A DNA stretch of 64,000 bases from Eledone cirrhosa (GCA_964016885.1 OZ024745.1:41974001-42038000), one strand, 5' to 3'; shown: positions 15,496 through 32,986, numbered from the stretch's first letter. Numbers and translations are program-made. Notes: a model not told the origin generated them from the sequence alone.

Positions 15496-15790
15496 CATAT
15501 ACATACATAAATGCATATATAATATACATGCATATGTGAGTCTGGGTGAGTGCGTGCATGTAGGTATGTGTCTGTTTGTGATCAAGTTAGACAGTGAACC
15601 AGTAAAAGATACACATCAGAGTTATATTCAACTTATGGTTTAACGGCACATACTACTATGAAATGTCAAAACGTTTCACAGCCTTACTGATCACTGACAC
15701 CTTTATAGTACACTTATATATATCTCTATATATAACAGATAATATATGGTTAATTAAGTGAATACTAAACACACGTGTATATATATATAT

Positions 15791-15870
15791 ACATTTTGGG
15801 GGGACACCCTATATATATAGGGTGTCCCAAAAAATGTATACACATTTCAATAGCATTCTAATAAATATAC
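15791..15870. mobile_element. Back-to-back Tc1/mariner-like terminal repeats around (TA)n
   Basis: acattttggggggacaccc-tatatatata-gggtgtcccaaaaaatgt. Confidence 0.55.
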
Positions 15871-15881
15871 GTATACCATTT

Positions 15882-16020
<139 letters not shown>

Positions 16021-16134
16021 ACATACATACACACACGCACACACATAAAATAATTATATATATCTATTAGATAGATAGATAGATCATATTATATTATATT
16101 ATAAAGTTATGGTAATTATTATATATATACATAT

Positions 16135-16340
16135 GGCGGCGGGTTGGCAGTGTTGGTAGAGCGTCGGATAACATGCTTCCGGCAAAGAGTTACAGCCCTT
16201 TACGTTCTGAGTTCAAAACCCACCGACGTTAACTTCGCCTTTCATCCTTACGGTGATCGATAAAATAAAGTACCAGTCATGCACTGGTGTCGATTTAATC
16301 AAATTTCCCTTCCCCCCTTGTTGTTAAATCAGAAACGAGT
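16135..16340 (+). mobile_element. tRNA-derived SINE (Meta-domain-like core)
   Basis: ggcggcgggttggcag...gagttcaaa...gcctttcatccttacgg..ataaagtaccag. Confidence 0.85.
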
Positions 16341-16357
16341 ATTATATATGTATGTAT

Positions 16358-16397
<40 letters not shown>

Positions 16398-16760
16398 ATA
16401 TATATATATATATATACACACATATTACATTTATGAATGTATGAACGTGTAAATCTTGCCTTTTATTAGGCATTTTAAAACTTGCAGAAACCATTCCTTC
16501 TCCAGATCTGAACACAGCCAAATCTTCCAGTGAAGGAGAGAGAGTGGATAATATGAGGAAGTGAGAAAGAGATATAGCGAACGAATCGACCTCAGTACTG
16601 GTGTGGTACTATTTTATCGAGCTTAAAACGATGAATGTCCGAGTTGACCTCGATGAGATTTGAACTCAGATCGCAAAACATTCTATCCGACGATCCAATG
16701 ACTATATAAATTCTCCCGAATGAAACAGTTCCAGTCCTCCAGAAACCATTTCTATACTAA

Positions 16761-16929
16761 TATTTGGGAGCCCCTACATGGACACACTAGAAGAGGAAGA
16801 CCAAGGTTAACATATGTTGATGCCCTAAGGACAGACACTGGTCTGTTGGAGATGCAGGATATGGCAGCGATAATGAGGGACAGAGACCGCTGGAGAGAAC
16901 TCGTCCATGGATCTCGGGAATTTTACCCG

Positions 16930-16932
<3 letters not shown>
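16761..16932 (+). pseudogene. RTE-clade LINE C-terminal fragment
   Basis: IWEPLHGHTRRGRPRLTYVDALRTDTGL..MRDRDRWRELV, the typical RGRP..W end of RTE ORFs. Confidence 0.8.
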
Positions 16933-16989
<57 letters not shown>

Positions 16990-16990
<1 letters not shown>

Positions 16991-17047
16991 TATAGATGAG
17001 ATTCTACAGGACTAGAACTGTTTCATTCTTTAGAAATTATGAGGAAT

Positions 17048-17050
<3 letters not shown>
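16990..17050 (-). mobile_element. PLE-like family B solo arm (hammerhead core mutated to CTCATAA)
   Basis: Near-identical to 21893-21950. Confidence 0.85.
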
Positions 17051-17090
<40 letters not shown>

Positions 17091-17092
<2 letters not shown>

Positions 17093-17326
17093 CAAAGGAA
17101 TTGTGGTAAGGAACCAGATGGACCATAACGCACCAGAGTACTCAATACTTAGGGTAGTAGAGTGGGAAATAGGAAAAAGTATGACCCCGACGGTAGAGCT
17201 GAAGCCGTTTCGACGGCTATTTCTGGCCTCGACGGCAGAGCTCAAGCCGTTTCGACGGCTATTTCTGTCCAGAAATAGCTGTCGAAACGGCTTGAGCTCT
17301 GCCGTCGGGGGTCATACTTTTTCCTA
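17091..17326. mobile_element. PLE-like fold-back element, family A (tail on the left, internal tandem duplication)
   Basis: Reverse orientation of 7868-8098; the gacgg..agagct..aagccgtttcgacggctatttctg unit occurs twice. Confidence 0.88.
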
Positions 17327-17564
17327 TATATATAGAGAGAGAGAGTGAGAGAGAGAGATAGATATAGATATATAGATAGAGATATAGATAAATATATACA
17401 TACATAAATACGCACACACACACATGTATATATATATATATAAGTAATCTGAGATTTTCAAATATTAATAATAACATTCGATTCGTTTGCAATTATGTTA
17501 TTATTAATATTCGAAAAACTCAGATTACATTTATTGTATTCTGCCATATAGAGCGAAAATTATC

Positions 17565-17676
<112 letters not shown>

Positions 17677-18100
17677 TATATATATATATATGAAGACAGC
17701 ATATATATGTGAAGGTATGTATATTTCCTTTGATAGTTTGTAATATTTTTACATTGAACTATATGATATACATACCAACACACATATATAGCCTAGAAAC
17801 GATCGTAAAATGATGATTTTTTAATATAAGGAACTTGTTCTTTGTTTTTATTCATTGTTTTTATTAATTTATCTTGACTCTGTTTTCCTATCATTTTCAT
17901 CGAACATTTTTGAATGCATCTTCTCTTTTCATGATATTTTGATTACATTGAGTTCTTCATACGGATTGGACACTACCGTATATTTTGGTAGATTTATCTA
18001 CATATATATATATATATACATATACATATATTTGTATATATATATATATACATATAATTATATATTTATATATTTATATTTGTATATATATATATACATA

Positions 18101-18179
<79 letters not shown>

Positions 18180-18340
18180 ATGTACATGCACATGTATATA
18201 TATTTATATATATACATGTGTACATATACATGTATATATACCGTATATTTTGGTAGATTTATCATATATTTGTATATATATATATACATATATTTATATA
18301 TTTATATTTGTATATATATATATATACATATATTTATATT

Positions 18341-18373
<33 letters not shown>

Positions 18374-18387
18374 GTATATATATAGTA

Positions 18388-18587
18388 ATAATGATTAATT
18401 TGAAGACTAAAATACAAAGAGGGCTCGATAAGGATAAATATATATCAAATATATAAGAACCGTAGAGGAAATATTTATTAAAATAACAGATTAAAGTTTA
18501 AGCAAAGAATCGTTGATTTCACCCAAACATAAGAAGATCCCGTTAAGAGTGAAAGCAGCGATTCTTTGCTTAAACTTTAATCTGTTA

Positions 18588-18593
<6 letters not shown>
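18388..18593. mobile_element. PLE-like fold-back element, family D
   Basis: aaaataacagattaaagtttaagcaaagaatcg...cgattctttgcttaaactttaatctgttatttt inverted arms plus tail; related copies at 5857-5925 and 49930-50090. Confidence 0.8.
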
Positions 18594-18659
<66 letters not shown>

Positions 18660-18765
18660 CGATTATGCATATACGCTAGCTTGGCCGTATTCTAAAGCTT
18701 CGTCAATGCTGTACTAAAATTTATATATATTTATATATATATAGACATGTACATATACATGTAAT

Positions 18766-18998
<233 letters not shown>

Positions 18999-19049
18999 TA
19001 TATGCAACAACACAGCTCGCCATTTTTCATTCATATATATATATATATT

Positions 19050-19096
<47 letters not shown>

Positions 19097-19401
19097 TTAT
19101 GTATGTACGTATATATAGTGGTTATGTTTAGGAAGCCGTACAATGCAAGTGGGTTAGAATTACCAGGGTAACAAGTTGGAAGGCAATTGAGAACGGTGAG
19201 GGAGTAAGCAAAACGTAGGATAAAAATGTCTAAAAGTTACGTTGGCTATTTCTTAGTCCCCAAATTTTCCGGATTTACAATCCATTAATCCATTATCAAG
19301 GAGAGTCCTTAGGGGAAAATTCGGAGGAATCAGAGATTGGCTTCCTGGTCGTTTTATATTTTTTCCTATTACATAATGCTTCAAGCAAACTATTAGATAT
19401 T

Positions 19402-19570
<169 letters not shown>

Positions 19571-19772
19571 CGTGTGTGTGTACGTGTATTTATAATTCAT
19601 ATATAAATAAGTATATATATGCGTATATAAGTATATATATATGCGTATATAAGTATATATATGCGTATATATATATATATAAGTATGTACATAACAGCCG
19701 TACTAACAGTGGGAAATGAAATTTCGTTTCATTTTTTCCGTTTATATATATATATATATGGCCATAATAAAA

Positions 19773-19822
<50 letters not shown>

Positions 19823-20316
19823 TTTTATTATGGCTAAATATCGAGTCTTGTTACTCCGGAGTTTCGCCTGCTTCTCACGGGATCACCAAGCAAATCACTT
19901 TACAGTGAAAATTCTAAATGAAAACAAAGACTACGTTTTAATTATTTTTATGAATTGTTTGGGTTTTTTAATCATTTGAAATCTTTACATTATCGCAATG
20001 CTTTGGAAAACTGCATCAAACGCAGTCTCTCTGACCCTCGTATATGTATATATATATATATATATATATTTGCTTAACTTTAATCTCAAGATTAAATAGA
20101 CCAGGTAGGTTTAGGGGACTGAATATGTCGAATATTTAAATCTGCTTATCTTCTGGAGTTTTACAACGGTAGATACGTTTCTATCACAGTCGTATCTGCA
20201 CAAATCTTAGATTTATGAAGATACAATATATACGCACATACACACACACACATATATATATAGAGAGATATATATGTGTGTACATAAATACATATAGATA
20301 TATATATAAACACACT

Positions 20317-20400
<84 letters not shown>

Positions 20401-21002
20401 GTAATATATATATGAGAGAAAACCCACAAAACCTACATATCAATTCTACTTTTGAAAAGCATAAGAACTGCCAAACTTGTAAATGAACCAAATAAATATA
20501 TATATTTTTTTAAAGTTAAGTTATTAACTTAACTTAATATATATATATATATATTATGAACTTAACTTAATATATATATATATATATTATGAACTTAACT
20601 TAATATACTGTATAGTATTATATAGTATTATCTTGTACTGAATTCATTTACATGTTCCGCTCTCCGCTCATACACCGGTTTCTAGTGACCGCGGCGCGCG
20701 CGCACACACAACACAAACACACGCCCAGACAATACATCAAATTACATCCATACAAGCAGATTATACTAAATAATCATTACACACATATGAATTATCTCTG
20801 AAAGAATATATAAAATAATAAACTCACCCGTATAATAAAAATCACACATGATCTGTAGCTCTATTTAAACAAACACACATACACATATACACATATATAT
20901 ATTGGATTGTTTATATAGATATACATATATACAAACGTACATAAGATATATATATATATATGATATATATGATATATATATATACATATATACACACACA
21001 CA

Positions 21003-21049
<47 letters not shown>

Positions 21050-21062
21050 ATATATATGTATA

Positions 21063-21171
<109 letters not shown>

Positions 21172-21224
21172 CGCGCACACAAGTATATTTATATATATAT
21201 ATATATATATATATTTATACATTG

Positions 21225-21255
<31 letters not shown>

Positions 21256-21275
21256 TTATATATATATATGTATGA

Positions 21276-21374
<99 letters not shown>

Positions 21375-21396
21375 GTATGTATAAATATATATATAT

Positions 21397-21478
<82 letters not shown>

Positions 21479-21899
21479 TTGTGTGCATGTGTGCGCGTGT
21501 ACGTGCACGTTTATATGATGTGCGTGTGTGTGTGTTTATACATGATTAAGTATATCTCTATACATCGGTAAAATATATTTACCTCAGACTATGAATACTT
21601 ATGTGAGTCCCAGCAGTACGCTATAGTACATAGAAATACGTCAGATAATCAGATTAATAGTGAAATTGCTACACGATTTAATGTTCAATTTTTGATTCGC
21701 TATACTGCTTTATAATAATGAAATGAAGCCAGGACAAATTGCCGGTATATATATATATATAAATGAATATCTGTTTATGTATTATATATATATCTAAATA
21801 TATATGTGTGTGTGTGTTTTATATATAGAATATATATATTTATATACACATAAATAAATAAATATATATATATATATATATATAGTTTTAATATAGATG

Positions 21900-21950
21900 A
21901 GATTCTACAGGACTAGAACTGTTTCATTCTTTAGAAATCATCAGGAATCT
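21900..21950 (-). ncRNA. Type I hammerhead ribozyme, intact core (family B)
   Basis: rc: agattc-CTGATGA-tttctaaagaat-GAAAC-ag-ttctagtc-ct-GTA-gaatct; 6-bp stem I. Confidence 0.88.
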
Positions 21951-22040
21951 ATATATATATATATATATAAGGAAAAAAGATGAAATCGAAAATGAAACTG
22001 GAGTCTTTTTATGAAAAAATAATATATATTTATTTGGTTC

Positions 22041-22076
22041 CTTTACCCGTTTCGCAGTTCTTCTGCTTTTCAAAAG
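22041..22076 (-). ncRNA. Hammerhead ribozyme, U3-A8 core variant (family C solo arm 21968-22140)
   Basis: rc: ctt-TTGAAAA-gcag-aagaa-ctgc-GAAAC-gg-GTA-aag, followed by AATAAA. Confidence 0.7.
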
Positions 22077-22189
22077 TAGAGTTGAGATGGAGGGTCTGTG
22101 ATTTTTCTCACATGTGTTTGGTCTTTGAATGTTACCTGTTTTATATGTGTGTATATATACACGTAAATATATATATATATACACGTAAA

Positions 22190-22303
<114 letters not shown>

Positions 22304-23389
22304 TATTTAAATGTGTGTGCGCGCGTGCCTGTGTTAGTGTTTGTATTTTCGTTTACTTATTCTCATTATACTTTTATTTTACCTTTACGATTATGTGTCC
22401 TGTATTTTGGAGCTGAGCATATGGTCTCGTCATGAGAACATATTTGAGTTTTACTCAACCCTAAATGTTTAACGTTTAACTTACCTCTGTGCAAGATAAC
22501 TGCCTGTTTTAAATGTTTCCTAAAACAGTGCTAGACAACGTTTTTCGCAACTTGCTCCAAAACATTTATGGGTAAAGCTTCATGTCCCACCAACATATAT
22601 TTACTTTTAAGAGCATCATGCAATATAATAATATATATATAACCCACCAAACACCATCAAATTTCTGGCATAGACTACTGTTGATCCACCTTGACCGCGT
22701 TGTATAACCCTGTTGCACACACTGTTACGAAGATGCTAAATTGTGTGTAAGGCACGAGAGCCTCTCTAGTGTTAGTGAAGCGATAAAACTCATCCAGTAG
22801 ATGATGTAATGTGGTTCGTGATAGGAAGGACATCCAACCGTAACAAAGTTGCAAAAGAAATAAGAGATAGAGGACTCCTAAGTGGTATCAAGGACATAGC
22901 GACCTCGTTAGAGGTGGTGACATGGAAAAATGCTCGGTGCAATCGGTAGAGGGCGAGGTCAGCGGCGCCGACTAAGTACTGACTTAGTCGGAGAGGTTAA
23001 CAACATAGTTAAATGATGATAATGATGATCATGGTGGTGATGATTTGCTTGAACAGACATATAATCATTTGAGTAACACAGATAATTTGAAGAAATACTT
23101 CAAGTAATATTTTGGTCCATCACCGATTGCGTAAGTATGTATGTCTCTATGTATGTATATATTTATGAATGTATGTATGTCTCTATGTATGTATATATTT
23201 ATGAATGTATGTATAGACGTACGTATGCATAGATGTATGGATGAATGAATATAGGTAAGGATGTATGGATGTACGAATATAGGTAAAAAATGTATGGATG
23301 CATGTATAAATATATGTATGTACATACATATATTCATACATACATCCATACATTCTTACCTATATTCAGTACATCCATACATCCTTATC

Positions 23390-23496
<107 letters not shown>

Positions 23497-24169
23497 GTGT
23501 ATGCAGTGGTGTATGTACGTATGTGTGTGTATGTTGGTTCGCGTGTGTATGTATCTATGAATTTTATGTACGTATGTAAGTGTGTATGTATGTATGTGTG
23601 TATGTATGTGTGTATGTATGTATGTATGTATGTATGTATGTATGTATGTATGTATGTATGTGTGTATGTATGTGTGTATGTATGTATGTATGTATATATG
23701 TATGTGTGTATGTATGTATGTATGTATGTATGTATGTATGTATGTATGTATGTATGTATGTATGTATGTATGTATGTATGTGTGTATATATGTATGTATG
23801 TATGTATGTTATCTCTTTCTCTTAATTTCGAGTATATGTTTGACCGGCCACCTTCCTGGTGGCAAGGTTGTAAAAGAAAAGAAATTGTCATCCCTTGAAT
23901 CGCAAGAATGTTTTGAAGGTGCCAGATGTATGTATGTATGTATGTATGTGTGTATCTATGTGCGTATGTATGTATGTGTGTATGTATGTATGTATGTATG
24001 TATGTATGTATGTATGTATGTATGTATGTATGTATGTGTGTATGTGCGTATGTATGTGTGTATGTATGTATCGAACGACAAGAGAAGTTAGCACCACAGG
24101 ATTTAAACGTCTCTACATCTAAAAACATGAAATCAAACATTTAGAATTACTCACATACCTCTACACACT

Positions 24170-24222
<53 letters not shown>

Positions 24223-24229
24223 ATGTACG

Positions 24230-24291
<62 letters not shown>

Positions 24292-24293
24292 AA

Positions 24294-24385
<92 letters not shown>

Positions 24386-24407
24386 ATATATATATGTATA
24401 TATATAT

Positions 24408-24463
<56 letters not shown>

Positions 24464-25095
24464 AAAACATTGAGACTGTTAACTGTTATTCGACAAACAA
24501 GTAGAGTTGGTACTATATATTTTATATAAAAATGATTTATAAGGGTCTAGAACTGTTTCACTATATATATATATAGACACTATATATACACACACACACA
24601 CATATATATATATAACATTTTTTATGTCCATAATGATTGTTGATTATTACTAGAAATATTTGGTCAATGTAAAGTTAAAGGCAGAAAGATGTGGACTACT
24701 ATTATGGACATTTACGTTGGAACGCACACATTTCAAATGATCATACTGCTTCTTTATTCACCCTCTTTGTTAATATAAATTATTACAGCTCTGTTTATAT
24801 GAAAAACCCTCGTTCATTTGTTCATATTTATATACATAACATATATATATATATATATATATATATGTCGGTATGTATGTGTATGTATATATATATATAG
24901 TGTACTAATCAATCATATTCGAAAGAAGCCTGATATATATATATATATATTTAAAGGGTAAACAAGGTTCGATGAATAAATCAAAGAATAAAGTTTTACA
25001 ATAGATTAGAAGCACTCCACAGTATTTGGTTTTCATGAAATATGTATAATAAAATATACTTGATCACACGAATGTCTAATTTTGTTAATATTTTG

Positions 25096-25141
<46 letters not shown>

Positions 25142-25144
<3 letters not shown>

Positions 25145-25249
25145 AAAAAATATGACCCCGACGGCAGAGATCAAGCCGTTTCTACTACCCTAAGTATTGA
25201 GTACTCTGGTGCGTTATGGTCCATCTGGTTCCTTACCACAATTCCTTTG

Positions 25250-25250
<1 letters not shown>
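25142..25250. mobile_element. PLE-like family A, truncated fold-back
   Basis: Short arm joined directly to the tail. Confidence 0.85.
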
Positions 25251-25297
<47 letters not shown>

Positions 25298-25298
25298 G

Positions 25299-25440
<142 letters not shown>

Positions 25441-25445
25441 TATAT

Positions 25446-25537
<92 letters not shown>

Positions 25538-25907
25538 CAAACTTTCCCACATGAATTCAGACACACTCGGAAGCACACACGTATGTATGTGTATATGTAT
25601 GATATATGTATATATTCATCATGATGTGGTATGTTCTGAAACATTAAATTTGATAAATAGCAATTAAGAAGCACAATAGTCATACAAATATCTAAAAGAG
25701 TATGTTTATAAACTCTCATCAGCTGACAACTCATTAGAATGATTATCCTTTTAGAGTTGTCTACTTGTTTAAACCTGATGACAGTAAACGGTTGAAATGT
25801 TTTTAAGACAACCATGACAGACCCTTCTCTAATATTTCACATCAGAGATGTTCAGTAGACCATGATCACTGAAAGGACCTCTGTTTATCTATTTATATAC
25901 AATATTC

Positions 25908-26365
<458 letters not shown>

Positions 26366-28411
26366 ATGTATATATATATATAATTATTCGCAATGTTAAA
26401 CATTGAAAGAATAAGAAATTCAAAAGGGTGAAGTAGTTAATAAATTTATGGTTTTACGATCGTTTGGGAGCGCAAAATCGTTGATATACAAACGATGGCA
26501 TCAACCTTGATGCAACACATCTACCCTGCTGTCTATCCTCAGAAACAATATATATATAAATTAAGTGAATGCTCATGGCGTTATAGTTAGAGTACTTGGC
26601 TCACAATGGTAAAAACCTGAGTTCGATTTCTGGACTGGGCAGCACGTTGTTGCTTTGAGCAAGACACTTGCTTTATTTTTCTGAGCAGACACGTAACAAA
26701 TTCTTACACAGAAAAAGTCCATTAACCCTTTAGCATTTACATTACTCTGTATATACTATTGTGTTTTCATGGTGAACATTTTACCTTACATAATATCTCA
26801 CATAATATCGAATCTATGAGATTTTGATATTATTTATTTTGAGAACAATACCTTAAAGTCAATTTGAGGGGCAAGTTACAGCTGATTTGAACAGAAAAAG
26901 GTGAGATAATTCTGGCCGGATATGGCCGGTTTAAATGCTAAATGGTTAAGGTGCTCGTGTGTGCGGAATGCTCAACTATTTACATTACACGAGCAGGCAG
27001 TTCCATTGATTGAATCAACTGGACCACTCCTTATAAGAAACGACGAAGGTCCAATAACATATACATATACACATATATATACACATGTGTGTGAGTGTGT
27101 GCGTGCGAGCGGGCATGTGTGTGAAAATGTTCGTTTCTCAAACATAAGATCCACGGCTTTACCGGGTGAGATCTTGGTTATATGTCTTTTTCCATAGCCT
27201 TGACTCGACTCGAGCATTTTGAACGAAATTAGACGGAAACTATTTAATCCATTTGGTAGCCTTACTTGTAATTCATATTCATTCTACTTTTAAGAATTGT
27301 GTTAAGGTTAAACATGTCTGAGAAATACTTCTGTGGTTTGGACACTAAGTCAGTGTGTGCATACATATGTATATATATAGAGTCAATATAACAGAAAGGA
27401 TAATACAATTCTAGCATTGGTACAAAGTTACAAATAATATATCGGGAATGTCCAGTCTTTTAAATCGATTCCAATAAATGTCTAGTACTTATTTTTTCGA
27501 TCCCTGTAGCATGTAAATCAAAGTTGATTTCATGGAATTTGAACCCTTCAATATAGAGAGAACGTCTTAATTTTAAGTCCCCTACGAAATATATTGGTTT
27601 CCATGTGTGCAGGAATGAGTATGGGTGTGTGTCAGAGAGAGAGAAAGAGAGGGAGGAGGGTAATATAAGTACAGGAACAGATAGTGAGAGAACATAATAT
27701 GAGTTTACGTATTAAGATGTCACATAGTTTACAAGACTTTACCATATCTTACACAAGAGCCGTAAATTGGACTCAAACCTCTTTCTTGTGAGCTGTGTCC
27801 AAGAGATGTTGATTCTCGGCTCATGTCTCTCTAATTCATTTTAGTACAGCCGTTAATATTTTGTCAAAGGTATGGACATTGTCATTACTGCAAAATATGG
27901 TCCACGATTCAGAAAAAGAACTTCACTGAGGCCCTGAGGTGATCCTATCACAGATCTTCGATGTTACACGGAAAAAAAAGACCATCGTTCAAAAACAACA
28001 GTAGAACCAATTACGTCAAAGACATTTGTGACGTAAGTAAATATAAAATGACAGTCTCATATCAATAATATAGGCATACCCCAGGTGTACATTGTCACCC
28101 ATTTAAGTGAAATATACTACAAATTGTCCATTCAGTGCCATGAGACTTGTCTTTTTCATTTTTATTTTTAACCAGGCATGCTTAAAACAGTTACGAGGAG
28201 GTATGTACGTATGAAGGTTTGTATGTAAGTATGTATGTATGACTGTATGTAAGCATGCAGTGGTGTGGGTATAACTATTTACAAGGGAATAAAAAACGAT
28301 CAGATACATGAATTAGTGATTCTAAAAGGTTACTAAAAATTACATATATAAAAGCCGCTGAATATCATTTCGAAAAAACAAATAAACATATTTATGTATG
28401 TATATATATAT

Positions 28412-28584
28412 AACGAAGGAATTGTGGTAAGGAACCAGATGGACCATAACGCACCAGAGTACTCAATACTTAGGGTAGTAGAGTAGGTAATAGGAAAAGC
28501 TCAAGCCGTTTCGACGGCTATTTCTGGGTCCAGAAATAGCCGTCGAAACGGCTTGAGCTCTGCCGTCGGAGTCATACCTTTTCC

Positions 28585-28586
<2 letters not shown>
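28412..28586. mobile_element. PLE-like fold-back element, family A
   Basis: Tail (minus) plus palindrome centred on tttctgggtccagaaa. Confidence 0.88.
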
Positions 28587-28631
<45 letters not shown>

Positions 28632-28685
28632 GTGCGTGTGTGTGCGTGTGTGTGTGTGTGCATGTATATATATATACACACACCG

Positions 28686-28722
<37 letters not shown>

Positions 28723-28907
28723 CTGCACAAAAGGAAAAAAAACGCTCAACGTAAGGAGGGGTGAAGTGTAAATTTCTATACCCGTGGGGATACGCCCAGA
28801 GAGAAGAGAGACTGATATGCTATTAATATTAATATTTTATATTAATTTATTTATATAAATATGGATACATATAAACATACATATATATAAATATATAAAT
28901 ATATATG

Positions 28908-29021
<114 letters not shown>

Positions 29022-29036
29022 GTATATATATATATG

Positions 29037-29102
<66 letters not shown>

Positions 29103-29154
29103 GTATATATATGTATATATTATATATGTATATATATATATGTATATATATATG

Positions 29155-29186
<32 letters not shown>

Positions 29187-29724
29187 CATATAAATATATA
29201 TATTTATATATATGTATATATATGTATATATGTATATATATATATTTACATATATATATGGATATATACATATATATATGTACATATATATATATATATA
29301 TATATTGTATATAGATACATATACATTATATATGCGTATATATATATTTAAATATGAATATACATAAATATATAAATATACTAGTTTTTGCGAGGTTTTT
29401 TATATGAAATCGTGTGTCGAAACAGATATTGTTATATTTGGGGAGGGTCATATTTGCGTAATATTGCCAGAATTAATAACAGAACACACTCACTGTTTGG
29501 TTGGTTTTATATTAATTTTATATTAATATACTAATATACTAATTTGCATATGTTCATATATATATATGTATTTATATATAATATACTAATATATATATAT
29601 ACATATATATATGAACATATGTATATTAGTGCATATATATAATAAATATACCTATATATGTATACATTTACACATAAATGAATATATGTACATATCTTTA
29701 TATGTATATGTTTACATACATATG

Positions 29725-29834
<110 letters not shown>

Positions 29835-30015
29835 AATATATGCACTAACATACATATGTCCATATATGTATGCATATATACAGTTTTGAGTATGTATATA
29901 TATATATATATAAACGGAAAAAATCCATACGTACATATATGTATGTCTGCATGTATGTATATATATATACATACTACTGTACCTCTGTATACATACGTGT
30001 ATGTACGTATACATA

Positions 30016-30103
<88 letters not shown>

Positions 30104-30153
30104 GTATTATGGAATACTGTTGGCTTCTTGCTACAATAATTTCTATACTTTTC

Positions 30154-30194
<41 letters not shown>

Positions 30195-30246
30195 ACATAT
30201 ATATATACATATATAAACATATATATATATATATACATATTTATAT

Positions 30247-30314
<68 letters not shown>

Positions 30315-30316
30315 AA

Positions 30317-30540
30317 TATAGATGAGATTCTACAGGACTAGAACTGTTTCATTCCTTTAGAAATCATCAAGAATCTGGGTATCAAAAATAAACAATAAAT
30401 ACACAGATTCCTGATGATTTCTAATGAATGAAACAGTTCTAGTCCTGTAGAATCTCATCTATATTAAAACTTTTATACTCTGCTATGTATTGAGTACCTT
30501 ACTTACTGTGGTAACCTCCGATTCAACCCGGAATAACGTA

Positions 30541-30542
<2 letters not shown>
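30317..30542. mobile_element. PLE-like fold-back element, family B
   Basis: Inverted arms 30317-30377 and 30404-30464 plus tail with tactc..gagta hairpin; (TA)n flanks. Confidence 0.9.
30405..30455 (+). ncRNA. Type I hammerhead ribozyme, intact core (family B)
   Basis: agattc-CTGATGA-tttctaatgaat-GAAAC-ag..ct-GTA-gaatct. Confidence 0.88.
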
Positions 30543-30602
<60 letters not shown>

Positions 30603-30835
30603 TACATACATAGTACTTTACATGACTACTTTCCAAACAAGGCATTACCATATAATGTTTATAGGTATTAATACAGAGCTAAACAGATATATAGAAATAT
30701 ATTACAAAGAGTATATCATGTGTAGTGAAATCTCGATTGTAGCAACCTAACTACTGCTACAGTTATAATTAATACCGTACACTCAACGCATGTGGCCTTG
30801 TGTTTATTTATGTCAGGAATCATCAATATGTATGC

Positions 30836-30871
<36 letters not shown>

Positions 30872-30875
<4 letters not shown>

Positions 30876-31066
30876 AAAAAGTATGACCCCGACGGCAGAG
30901 CTCAAGCCGTTTCGATGGCTATTTCTGGACTAAAAAGAAAAAAAAAAAAAATGCCTTGAGCTCTGCCGTCGGGATCATACTTTTTCCTATTTCCTACACT
31001 ACTACCCTAAGTATTGAGTACTCTGGTGCGTTATGGTCCATTTGGTTCCTTACCACAATTCCTTTG

Positions 31067-31068
<2 letters not shown>
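30872..31068. mobile_element. PLE-like fold-back element, family A, with A-rich tract at the junction
   Basis: Arms separated by ctggactaaaaag(a)n. Confidence 0.88.
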
Positions 31069-31118
<50 letters not shown>

Positions 31119-31349
31119 GTTTGGCATGTATGTATGTATGAATATATATATATATATATATATATAAATGCATATATACATGTTTGGCAGCTATCTATTG
31201 TGCTACGAAATACCTACATACATACATATCTACATATATGCACACGTAAATACATACATAAACACATACACTCATATAGCTATGTTTATCTGGTGTACGT
31301 CTGTATGTATATATATATATATACACATATATCTGGTGTACGTCTGGTG

Positions 31350-31438
<89 letters not shown>

Positions 31439-31709
31439 CCAAGCACAGCATACATATATACGCATGCTTACTCAATAAATATAAATTACATGGACATAGT
31501 GTATAGTATTAAACACACACAGCAATGTGAATATGTGTTGACATAAATAAACTAGATTTGATGGTGTTGGTATAATGTTATATATTTGAATTCATAAAAT
31601 GACTTAAAATGTCTTCGTATGTGTGAAAGCGGTGTGTTTATAAATTTGAATATATATATATATGTGTGTGTGTGTGTTTGTGTGTGCGTGTGTATATATA
31701 TATATATAT

Positions 31710-31802
<93 letters not shown>

Positions 31803-31848
31803 TGTATATATATATATATATGTGTATATATATATATATATAAATATG

Positions 31849-31884
<36 letters not shown>

Positions 31885-31885
31885 A

Positions 31886-31930
<45 letters not shown>

Positions 31931-32400
31931 TATATATAAATATGTATATACATATATATGTATACATATATATATATATATATATATCAGTGAATTGTTA
32001 TTCCTTACGATTATTCTTCTTAGTACACCATGCTTCCGGAAAGTAGATTATAGATATTAATAAAGGACAGAATCCCTTCCTAACTAGCTTGACCGTCGGG
32101 CATTCTAACAGTGTCTCTAATAATTGTTTCTACCTTTTGGCACAAGGCCAGCAAATACTCAGTGTATTACTGGTACTTTATTTTATCGACCCCGTAAGGA
32201 TGAGAGGCAAAATTAACCTCAAAATATATTCATATGAACATGCAGTTAGTTTTGACAAGGATAAGAGTTACAAACACATCTGTTATATGCAATATATACT
32301 TATATAAACATATATAAAAACTTATATAAACATACGGACGCGTGGATATCGCATTGTACTTAGTTAAGATATTCAGAGATTATATTACATTTAAATGTCA

Positions 32401-32454
<54 letters not shown>

Positions 32455-32484
32455 GTTCATACCTACATATCAATCTATCTATAT

Positions 32485-32572
<88 letters not shown>

Positions 32573-32649
32573 TATGTATATATATAAACAGGCATGCATT
32601 CGTAGGTGGAAAGATAAGTGTTATGTTTGGAAAGATATATGTATATATG

Positions 32650-32729
<80 letters not shown>

Positions 32730-32842
32730 ATATGAATGTATGTTTTATGAATGTATGTGTGTGTATGTATGTATATGTGTGTATATATATTTATAAATAT
32801 ATAAATAGGCATATATATATAGAGAGAGATAGTCATATATGC

Positions 32843-32891
<49 letters not shown>

Positions 32892-32955
32892 TATATGAGA
32901 GTGTGTCTGTGTGTGTATAGATATGAATATAGGTATATACATATGTGTGTACATA

Positions 32956-32986
<31 letters not shown>

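Noticed and set aside
25768-25806. CTGATGA-cagtaaacggtt-GAAA candidate hammerhead
   Set aside because: Stem II and stem III pair poorly; at best a decayed relic
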